Below are positions 1 through 8,842 of a DNA stretch of 17,876 nt, in pieces. Positions within the stretch are counted from its first letter, which is position 1. Every line of letters begins with the position of its first letter. Source of the stretch: Octopus sinensis (Eukaryota); NCBI RefSeq assembly GCF_006345805.1, contig NW_021824642.1:1-17876 (forward strand), read 5' to 3'. The translations under genes and the position numbers were made by a program. A model generated the notes under the pieces. That model had not been told where the DNA came from. It made no database searches and was given only the letters and a program-made list of their open reading frames with translations.

Positions 1-108
1 GGACGACGGACGGACAGACAAGCAGGCAGGCAGATATAGATTCACAAGGGGGGGGGGCTGAAAAGTTCCTGGTTTTAATTAAAAGGAAATAAAGAGAATC
101 AGTTAATT

Positions 109-685
109 ACTCTTTTACTTATTTTACTTGGTTCAGTCATTTGACTGTGGGCCATGCTGGAGCACCGCCTTTAATCGAGCAACTCGACTCCGGGACATAT
201 TCTTTTGTAAGCCCAGTACTTATTCTATCGGTCTCTTTTGCCGAACCACTAAGTGACGGGGACGTAAACACACCAGCATCGGTTGTCAAGCAATGCTAGG
301 GAGACAAACACAGACACACAAACACACACATACGTATATATATATACATATATACGACGGTCTTCTTTCAGTTTCCATCTACCAAATCCACTCACAAGGC
401 ATTGGTTGGCCTGAGGCTATAGTAGAAGACACTTGCCCAAGTTGTCACGCGGTGGGACTGAACCCGAAACCATGTGGTTGGCAAGCAAGCTACTTACCAC
501 ACAGCCACTCCTATATATATATATATACGACGGGCTTCTTTCAGTTTCCGTCTACCAAATCCACTCACAAGGCATTGGTTGGCCTGAGGCTATAGTAGAA
601 GACACTTGCCCAAGGTGCCACGCAGTGGGACTGAACCCGGAACCATGTGGTTGGTAAACAAGCTACTTACCACACAGCCACTCCT
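109..685 (-). mobile_element. SINE-A (tRNA-derived, CORE-like) with duplicated left module (L-L-R)
   Basis: Reverse complement of the family seen at 925-1322. Left modules at ~335-512 and ~513-685, right module at 109-~320. Confidence 0.9.
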
Positions 686-753
686 CCAACATATTCCCCT
701 CTCAGATTCACACACTTATTGCAGTGGTCCTTCAGTTTTTCTAAGCCCTGTAA
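685..753 (-). pseudogene. Remnant of mariner transposase C-terminus inside the MITE
   Basis: Minus strand reads LQGLEKLKDHCNKCVNLRGEYVG, matching the mariner C-terminal pattern GIxKLxxRWxKCxxxxGxYVE*. Confidence 0.8.
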
Positions 754-924
754 AGGAACTCGAAAGGTGGGGCCTCCAGCCAGGCCTTTCATGTTATCCT
801 TAAAGCCAGGAACTTTTCAGCAGCCCTTCATACAGTAGAAATAGAGACAGAAACTCATCAGTGGTGTACATTTGGTAGAATGCGGTAGGCTGACTTCTCT
901 GATATTTTTTTTTCCTACGTTATA

Positions 925-1322
925 GGCGTAGGAGTGGCTGTGTGGTAAGTAGCTTGCTTACCAACTATATAGTTCTGGGTCCAGTCCCACTGCGTGGCAC
1001 CTTGGGCAAGTGTCTTCTAGTACAGCCTCAGGCCGACCAAAACCTTGTGAGAGGATTTGGCAGGCGGAAACTGAAAGAAGCCCGTCGTATATATGTATAT
1101 ATATGTATGTGTGTGTGTGTTTGTGTGTCTGTATTTGTCCCCCTAGCATTGCTTGACAACCGATGCTGGTGTGTTTACGTCCCCGTAACTTAGCGGTTCG
1201 CAAAAGAGACCGATAGAATAAGTACTGGGCTTACAAAGAATAAGTCCCGGGGTCGATTTGCTCGACTAAAGGCGGTGCTCCAGCATGGCCACTATCAGAT
1301 GACTGAAACAAGTAAAAGAGAG
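925..1322 (+). mobile_element. SINE-A, full length
   Basis: tRNA-like head with box A-like TGGCTGTGTGG and box B-like GG(T/G)TCCAGTCC; CCTTGGGCAAGTGTCTT CORE-like motif; internal (TA)/(TG) tract; right module ending GACTGAAACAAGTAAAAGAG. Close similarity to many other copies in the window. Confidence 0.92.
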
Positions 1323-1449
1323 AAAGGGAAAGAGAGTCAATGATTTGTTGTTTAGAAATCATTAAATGGTTACAAATTGATTTGCAAACATCTTAATCAT
1401 TTAAGTGGAAAAATCAATTATCAGAAATGTCATTCTTCTTTCCTTGTTT

Positions 1450-1853
1450 ACTCTTTTACTCTTTTACTTGTTTCAGTCATTTGACTGCGGCCATGCTGGA
1501 GCACCGCCTTTAGTCGAGCAAATCGACCACGGGACTTATTCTTTGTAAGCCCAGTACTTATTCTATCGGTCTCTTTTGCCGAACCGCTAAGTAACGGAGA
1601 CGTAAACACACCAGCATCGGTTGTCAAGCAATGCTAGAGGGACAAACACAGACACACAAACATATACACGCATATATATATTATATACATATATACGACA
1701 GGCTTCTTTCAGTTTCCATCTACCAAATCCACTCACAAGGCTTTGGTCGGCCCAAGGCTATAGTAGAAGACACTTGACCAAGGTGCCACGCAGTGGGACT
1801 GAACCCGGAACCATGTGGTTGGTAAGCAAGCTACTTACCACACAGCCACTCCT
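1450..1853 (-). mobile_element. SINE-A, near full length
   Basis: Reverse complement of the family consensus; 3' tail duplicated (AAAAGAGT x2). Confidence 0.92.
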
Positions 1854-1894
1854 TTCTTTGGTTTTTTTTTTTGGTTTTTTTTTGCTCTGTGTGT

Positions 1895-2060
1895 ATCCAT
1901 GTGGTAAAAATGTTTGCTTCCCAGCCACATGGTTCTGTGTTCAGTCCCCGCTACATGGCAGCTTGGGTAAGTATCTTCTGCAGTGGCCTTGGTCCAACCA
2001 AGGCCTTCTGAGTTGATCTGAGAGAGGAGAACTGAAAGTGGCCTTCATACACACACACAC
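1895..2060 (+). mobile_element. Old, diverged SINE-A left module
   Basis: Decayed match: gtggtaa...cacatggttctgtgttcagtccc...cttgggtaagtatcttc...aactgaaag. Confidence 0.7.
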
Positions 2061-2064
2061 ATGT

Positions 2065-2860
2065 AGGTACAAGCATGGCTGTGTAGTAAGAAGCGCCGAG
2101 CTGGCAGAAACGTTAGCAGGCCGGGCGAAATGCTTCGCAGTATTTCGTCTGCCGTTACGTTCTGAGTTCAAATTCCGCCGAGGTCGACTTTGCCTTTTAA
2201 CCTTTTGGGGTCGATTAAATAAGTACCAGTTACGCACTGGGGTCAATATAATTGACTTATTCCGTTTGTCCTCTCTGTGTTTAGCCCCTTGTGGATAGTA
2301 AAGAAATAGGTATTTCATCTGCCGTGAGGTTCTGAGTTCAAATTCCATTGAGGTCGACTTTGCCTTTCATCCTTTTAGGGTCGATAAAATAAGTACCAGT
2401 TACGCACTGAGGTCGCTATAATCGACTTAATCCGTTTGTCTGTCCTAGTTTGTCCCCTCTGTGTGTAGCCCCTTGTGGGTAGTAAAGAAATTAGCTTGTT
2501 CCCAAACAACGTAGTTCCATGTTCAGTCCCACTACGTGGCCCCTTGGCCAAATCTCTTCTACTATATCCTTGGGCTGACTAATGCCTCATGGGTGGATTT
2601 GGCAGACAGAAACTGAAAGAAGCCCATCATATATATGTATGTATGTATATATTTGTGTGTGCCTGTGCCACCCCCATCACCACTCGACAACCAGTGTTGG
2701 TGTGTTTACATTCGCATAACTTAGCAGTTCAGCAAAAGACACTGATAGAGCAAGCACTACGCTTAAAAGTAATAAGTTCTGGGGTCGAACTGACTAAAAC
2801 CCTTCAAGGCGGTGCTCAAGCATGGCCGCACTCAGATGACTGAAGCAAGTGAAAGAATAG
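2065..2860 (+). mobile_element. Older SINE-A subfamily copy split by the SINE-B dimer (parts 2065-2094 and 2492-2860)
   Basis: Head ...tggctgtgtagtaagaagc stops at ~2094 and resumes as tagcttgttcccaa... at 2492, continuing through the left and right modules. Confidence 0.75.
2095..2491 (+). mobile_element. SINE-B (tRNA head + Deu/Nin-like core), head-to-tail dimer
   Basis: Box A-like TGGCAGAAACG, box B GAGTTCAAATTCC, core GCCTTTCATCCTTT..GGGTCGATAAAATAAGTACCAG. Second unit 2308-2491 restarts inside the head at AGGTATTTC. Confidence 0.9.
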
Positions 2861-2879
2861 ATGAATGCCATCTGCCAGT

Positions 2880-3095
2880 GTGTGTTTATGTCTGTGTTCC
2901 CCACCCCCAGGCCCCACCCCACCACCACCACCGCTCAGCAACAGATGTTGGTGTGTTTACATCCCTATCAGCAGTTTCAGAAAAGGGACCAGGAGAATAA
3001 ATGCTGGGTGGGGAGGGGGTGATTTGTTCAAATAAAATTCAAGTCCGTGCTCCAGCATGGCCGCAGCTTAAAACCTGAAAATAAAGGAAAAAGAT
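2880..3095 (+). mobile_element. Decayed SINE-A right module
   Basis: ggtgtgtttacatccc ... gtgctccagcatggccgcag match the right module. Confidence 0.65.
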
Positions 3096-3104
3096 AGAGT
3101 TCTT

Positions 3105-3320
3105 CCGTCTTTCACTTGTTTCACTCCTTAGACTACAGCCATGCTGGGGCAGTACCTTGAATCGACCCCCAGTACTTGTTGTTTTCTCTCTACCCCCCTT
3201 TTTTTTTTAAAGTTTTTATCAGCCTCTTTTGCTGAACCACTACGTTATGGGTTTGTAAACGCAACAACACCAGTTGTCAAGCAGTGGTGGGAGGGACAAT
3301 CACAGACTCAAAGACACATG
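3105..3320 (-). mobile_element. Decayed SINE-A right module
   Basis: agccatgctgggg ... tctttttgctgaacc ... acaccagttgtcaagc match the reverse complement of the right module. Confidence 0.65.
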
Positions 3321-3363
3321 TAGATACATACATACATAAATATATATACACACACACACACAT

Positions 3364-3890
3364 ACTCTTTTACTCGTTTGTCATTTGACTGCGGCCATGC
3401 TGGAGCACCGCCTTTAATCGAGCTAATCGACCCCAGATCTTATTCTTTGTAAGCCCAGTACTTATTCTATCGGTCTGTTTTGCCGAACCGCTAAGTAACG
3501 GTTATAAACACACCAGCATCGGTTGTCAAGCAATGCTAGGGGTCAAACACAGACACACACACACACACATATATATAAATATACATATATACGACGGGCT
3601 TCTTTCAGTTTCCGTCTACCAAATCCACTCACAAGGCTTTGGTCGGCCCGAGGCTATAGTAGAAGACACTTGCCCAAGGTGCCACGCAGTGGGACTGAAC
3701 CCGGAACCCTGTGGTTGGTAAACAAGCTACTTACCACACAGCCACTCCTGTGCCAACATATATACATATACATATATATATATATATACATATATATGAC
3801 AGGCTTCTTTCAGTTTCCGTCTACCAAATCCACTCCCAAGGCGTTGGTCGGCCCAAGGCTATAACAAAGGACACAGTGGGACTGAACCCA
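3364..3890 (-). mobile_element. SINE-A full length (3364-3754) plus internally deleted extra left module (3797-3890)
   Basis: Reverse complement of the family consensus; the second partial left module lacks the CORE-like middle. Confidence 0.88.
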
Positions 3891-4149
3891 CTCAGGTTTA
3901 GCATTGACTTTTGGTGAAACAGGGTACACAATACCACTGTGGAAGTTTTGCAGGTCCTAACTCACCTGGAGACATTCTGTATCCAGGGGCGAAGCTCAAA
4001 AGAGCAGGAGACTGGCTTGATCCGAATAAAATATATGTGCATCTACCTATACGTGTGTGTGTGAGACCATTTTCGATTTGACCCAGTTCTGTCTGCCTCC
4101 TACTCTGCCGCCTTCTCTCTCCTCCCACTCCCATACTGTTACCTAATCT

Positions 4150-5420
4150 ATTGAGACCTCTCTCCCACCCCTCCCCCCTTTCGCTGTCTTCCTCCTATCT
4201 CATCACTCTGTCCCCTTTTTCGCTCTCCATATCACTCACGCTGCCCCTCTTTTCTTGCCACCATCACCCCGCTGTCACAAGCCATCAAGCCAACACGGTC
4301 GATGTGCTAGAAAGAGCAGTCATACTTCCCCCAAGCATGAGACAAAACATTCTTGACATCCATCGAAACAGTGGAGGTGGTCACCATTTGAGATGTCTTC
4401 GATTGGTGTTTTTTTTTTGTCCACTTGTGGTTGCCATGGGAATAACCATCATCATCTCTGCTACCAGCACCAACTTCATCAATACCGCCGTCCCCGTCTT
4501 CACTACCACCACCACTACCGCCATCTTCATTGCTCTCATCACTACCTCTAACATCATCATCATCATCATCATCATCGCATTCAAATACTATCACCGCCTC
4601 CGCCATCAATACAGTCACCTCCATCCTCACCGCCGCCTCACTGACATTATCAATACCATCACCACCACCACCACAATCACTGCTGCCACCACTGTCGCTA
4701 ACAACAACACTATTACCCCAGCCACTGCATCACCTCCGTCGTCGCCACCACCTTCGCTGTGTTTCCTCCTATCTAACGATGTCTCCTCCTCCCCTTCATC
4801 CACCCGCTCCTCCTCCCCTTCCTCCTCCTACCTGGGTGCTGGATTCTTCAGTTTTGGTAAAACTTTTCCTGTGTCAGCAGCCTACCTCTCTTCCCTTACA
4901 CAGATGTGTCTATACTTTCAGGTTATCATTATTGGTACTTCTGATAGGGTGGGTGGGCAGGGTAGTGTGGGATGGAGTGGTAGCAGTGATGCTAGCGATG
5001 ATGGTGGAAGTGACGATGATGACAGTGATGACGATGATGATGATGATGATGATCACCATCACCATCATCATCATCATCATCATCGTCGTAGTCGTCACCA
5101 TGAAGACATTGTAGCTAGGGTGGATGTTAGTCAGGGTATAAAGCCTGGCAGTGGTAAAGGGTGTGTGTATGGTTGAGTGCCTGGAGGTTGGGGGGGGGGG
5201 GAGCTTTGGTAAATATAGTAGTAGTCGTAGTAGTAGTAGTAGTAGTTGTAGTAGTAGTAGCAGAGCAGGATGTGAGAAGAAGAAGAACAACAACAACAGC
5301 AGCAGTAAAAAGTGAAATCAACATTGTATCAATATCACAAATGACTCATCAAATATGTCTAGCGGTGGTGGGGTGGGTGAGGGGTACGGGTGGTGGTGCC
5401 GGGTGTCGGCGGCAGCAGCG
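4150..5420. repeat. Mosaic of cryptic trinucleotide tracts (CAT/CAC/CCT, GAT/GGT, GTA, AGA/ACA)
   Basis: Directly visible low-complexity sequence; stop-free triplet tracts explain several overlapping ORFs. Confidence 0.85.
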
Positions 5421-5469
5421 GAGTGTGTTGAGGTATTTCTCGATATAAATAGTATAAAGTTATGTATGT

Positions 5470-5915
5470 AGATTGGTGTGTATATATATATATATATATG
5501 TATGTATATATATATATGTGTGTGTGTGTGTATGTATATGTACATATATACAGATAGATGTATACACACATACATACATACATACATATATATATATTTA
5601 TATATATATATATATATATACATACATACATATGTTTATCTAGGTATTGGTGTGTGTATGCATATTCATAGATAGAGGAGTCGATAATACATATATATGT
5701 ATATACATGTGTGTGTATATATATATATATGTATATAAAGAGAGAGAAAGAGAACTAGTTAGATATGTATGTATATTGGTATATATCACACAGATGTGTG
5801 CACACACACACTCACAATATTTATATACATATATAAAACAATAGAAGTGATTGTTGGTACTGCATGGTTTAATCATCAATTAACGATTTGAATTTCTCCA
5901 TTCTTGTTTAGGTTC

Positions 5916-5952
<37 letters not shown>

Positions 5953-5962
5953 ATATATATAT
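5470..5962. repeat. Compound (TA)n/(TG)n/(CA)n microsatellite region
   Basis: Directly visible. Confidence 0.9.
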
Positions 5963-6005
5963 ATCATCATCATCATCGTTTAGCGTCCGTTCTCCATGCT
6001 AGCAT
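5963..6005 (-). mobile_element. Extreme 3' end of RTE-family retroelement with (GAT)n tail
   Basis: Reverse complement atgctagcatggagaacggacgctaaacgatgatgatgat matches the ends of copies at 9380-9420 and 10080-10115. Confidence 0.8.
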
Positions 6006-6006
6006 A

Positions 6007-6395
6007 GGCGCAGGAGTGGTTGTGTGGTAAGTAGCTTGCTAACCAACCACATGGTTCCGGGTTCAGTCCCACTGCGTGGCACCTTGGGCAAGTGTCTTCT
6101 GCTATAGCCTCGGGCCGACCAATGCCTTGTGAGTGGATTTGGTAGATGGAAACTGAAAGAAGCCCGTCGTATATATGTATCTGTGTGTATGTTTGTGTGT
6201 CTGTGTTTGTCCCCCTAGCATTGCTTGACAACCGATGCTGGTGTGTTTACGTCCCCGTCACTTAGCGGTTCGGCAAAAGAGACCGATAGAATAAGTACTG
6301 GGCTTACAAAAGAATAAGTCCCGGGGTCGATTTGCTCGACTAAAGGCGGTGCTCCAGCATGGCCGCAGTCAAATGACTGAATTAAGTAAAAGAGT
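6007..6395 (+). mobile_element. SINE-A, full length
   Basis: GGCGCAGGAGTGG head through AAGTAAAAGAGT tail. Confidence 0.92.
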
Positions 6396-6429
6396 AATAT
6401 ATATATATATATATATTATCACACACATA

Positions 6430-6531
6430 GGCACAGGCGTGGCTGTGTGGTAAGACGTTAGCTTCCCAACCACATGGTTCCGTGTTCAGTCCTACTGCAT
6501 GGCACCTTCAGTAAGTGTCTTCTATTATAGC
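6430..6531 (+). mobile_element. SINE-A head (older subfamily), 3'-truncated at the junction with element D
   Basis: ggcacaggcgtggctgtgtggtaag ... gtaagtgtcttctattatagc, then unrelated sequence. Confidence 0.8.
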
Positions 6532-6848
6532 TGTATTATTGAGTGAGAGAGCAGTGCATGCCATCAAAGTGACGCCCAGTACACCCATCATGACTACCCG
6601 TCTGATAATAGTACACCATGCACATGCATCAGAACCACATGTGCGTGATATGGTGTTTGAGTACCCTATCTTGCTCAAAGGGTCTCTCAATAAGGGCTGC
6701 ATGAGGATGTTGAATGAAACACCGATGTTTCTAGAGGTGAATTTATTTAAACCCCTCTTAACACATGGCTGTGATGCTGATCAGAAATGCACATATCGTC
6801 AGCCACGAAGGGCCATGCTCTGCTTGCTAAGGTCAAACAACTGACAAA

Positions 6849-8149
6849 CAAATCTGTGGTATTGAGCAGAATATTTGCTGTGGCCCATCTTTTATACCAA
6901 GACAAAACAATGTACATGATAACACTTCTAATCAGTTAAGATAAGAAGCCATGAGAGCCACTGCCTGGTACTGCATCAGGGCATTAGCAAATCTGTGGTA
7001 TTGAGCAGAATATTTGCTGTAGCCCATCTTTTATACCAAGACAAAACAATGTACATGATAACACTTCTAATCAGTTAAGATAAGAAGCCATGAGAGCCAC
7101 TGCCTGGTACTGCATCAGGGCATTAGCAAATCTGTGGTATTGAGCAGAATATTTTCTGTAGCCCATCTTTTATACCAAGACAAAACAATGTACATGATAA
7201 CACTTCCAATCAGTTAAGATAAGAAGCCATGAGAGCCACTGCCTGGTACTGCAACAGGGCATTAGCAAATCTGTGGTATTGAGCAGAATATTAGCTGTAG
7301 TCCATCTTTTATACCAAGACAAAACATGTACATGATAACACTTCCAATAAGTTAAGATCAGAAGCCATGGAAGCCACGCCAGCCTGGTACGCATCAGGCA
7401 TAGCAATCTGTGGTATTGAGCAGAATATTAGCTGTAGCCCATCTTTTATACCAAGACAAAACATGTACATGATAACACTTCCAATAAGTTAAGATCAGAA
7501 GCCATGAGAGCCACTGCCTGGTACTGCAACAGGCATTAGCAATCTGTGGTATTGAGCAGAATATTTGCTGTAGTCCATCTTTTATACCAAGACAAAAAAA
7601 TGTACATGATAACACTTCCAATAAGTTAAGATCAGAAGCCATGAGAGCCACTGCCTGGTACTGCATCAGGGCATTAGCAAATCTGTGGTATTGAGCAGAA
7701 TATTTGCTGTAACCCATCTTTTATACCAAGACAAAACAATGTACATGATAACACTTCCAATCAGTTAAGATCAGAAGCCATGAGAGTCACTGCCTGGTAC
7801 TGCATCAGGGCATTAGCAAATCTGTGGTATTGAGCGGAATATTTGCTGTAGCCCCTCTTTTATACCAAGACAAAACAATGTACATGATAACACTTCCAAT
7901 CAGTTAAGATAAGAAGCCATGAGAACCACTGCCTGGTACTGCATCAGGGCATTAGCAAATCTGTGGTATTGAGCAGAATATTTGCTGTGGCCCATCTTTT
8001 ATACCAAGACAAAACAATGTAGATGATAACACTTCCAATCAGTTAAGATAAGAAGCCATGAGAACCACTGCCTGGTACTGCATCAGGGCATTAGCAAATC
8101 TGTGGTATTGAGCAGAATATTTTCTGTAGCCCCTCTTTTATACCAAGAC
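6849..8149. repeat. 139-bp tandem array, 9 full units plus a partial
   Basis: Unit starts (caa(a)tctgtggtattgagc) at 6849, 6988, 7127, 7266, 7404, 7540, 7678, 7817, 7956, 8095; spacing 136-139 bp. Confidence 0.95.
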
Positions 8150-8170
8150 TGAATACGTGCATAATAACAA

Positions 8171-8750
8171 TGGCAGAACCGTTAGCATGCCGGGCGAAAT
8201 GCTTAGCAGTATTTCATCTGCCGTTACGTTCTGAGTTCAAATTCCGCCGAGGTCGACTTTGCCTTTCATCCTTTCGGGGTCGATTAAATAAGTACCAGTT
8301 ACGTACTGGGGTTGATATAATCGACTTAATCCATTTGTCTGTCCTTGTTTATCCTCTCTGTGTGTAGCCCCTTGTGGATAGTAAAGAAATAGGTATTTCG
8401 TCTGCTGTTACGTTCTGAGTTCAAATTCCACCGAGGTCGACTTTGCCTTTCATCCTTTCAGGATCGATTAAATAAGTACCAGTTACGCACTGGGGTTGAT
8501 ATAATCGACTTAATCCATTTGTCTGTCCTTGTTTATCCTCTCTGTGTGTAGCCCCTTGTGGATAGTAAAGAAATAGGTATTTCATCTGCCGTTACGTTCT
8601 GAGTTCAAATTCCGCTGAGGTTGACTTTGACTTTGATCCTTTCGGGGTCAATAAATTAAGTACCAGTTACGCACTGGGGTGGATGTAATCCTTTTGCATG
8701 TCCTTGTTTGTCCTCTCTGTGTTTAGTCCCTTGTGGTAGTATAGAAATAG
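8171..8750 (+). mobile_element. SINE-B trimer
   Basis: Head at 8171; further units restart at 8391 and 8575 with the junction AAAGAAAT|AGGTATTTC; period 184 bp. Confidence 0.92.
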
Positions 8751-8809
8751 GTTAAGATCAGAATCCCTGAGAGCCACTGCCTGATACTGCATCAGAACAT
8801 TTACTGTTA

Positions 8810-8810
8810 T

Positions 8811-8842
<32 letters not shown>

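Larger units (their letters stand above)
45..830 (-). mobile_element. Tc1/mariner-derived MITE (~210 bp net), interrupted by SINE-A at 109-685
   Basis: Imperfect terminal inverted repeats: 45-78 (caagggggggggg-ctgaaaagttcctggttttaa) and reverse complement of 801-830 (tgaagggctgctgaaaagttcctggctttaa). TA follows at 831-832. Interior retains a mariner transposase C-terminus. Confidence 0.85.
6533..8802 (-). mobile_element. 'Element D': non-coding repeat, probably a non-LTR retroelement derivative. Its distal 139 bp is tandemly amplified and it is interrupted by the SINE-B trimer
   Basis: Unique body 6533-6848 runs directly into the array unit; the unit resumes after the SINE at 8751-8802. Short AATAAT-type end on the minus strand at 6534-6540. 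Interspersed status rests on my recollection of octopus repeats, since there is only one copy here. Confidence 0.55.

Noticed and set aside
843-850. Minus-strand CTGATGAG as a hammerhead ribozyme core
   Set aside because: No closing stem II with CGAAA and no stems I/III nearby.
925-1000. SINE-A and SINE-B heads as tRNA genes
   Set aside because: Only box A/B-like motifs and partial stems are present; they are always fused to SINE bodies, with no complete cloverleaf or oligo-T terminator.
4151-5176. 341-aa ORF with poly-T/I/S/D/H tracts
   Set aside because: Non-ATG start; composed of stop-free trinucleotide tracts with several overlapping frames equally open; no recognisable domain.
5127-5324. 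65-aa ORF with signal-peptide-like start and poly-Thr (mucin-like)
   Set aside because: Non-ATG start; the hydrophobic stretch and Thr run are translations of (GTT)/(CTT)/(ACT) microsatellites.
6849-6987. HDV-like ribozyme in the 139-bp unit
   Set aside because: A G-U-initiated 7-bp helix exists, but the P3/L3, P1.1 and J4/2 elements are not in the required order.
6849-8149. 139-bp array as a CRISPR array or repeat-protein gene
   Set aside because: No unique spacers, eukaryotic context, unit length not a multiple of 3, and stops in the frames.
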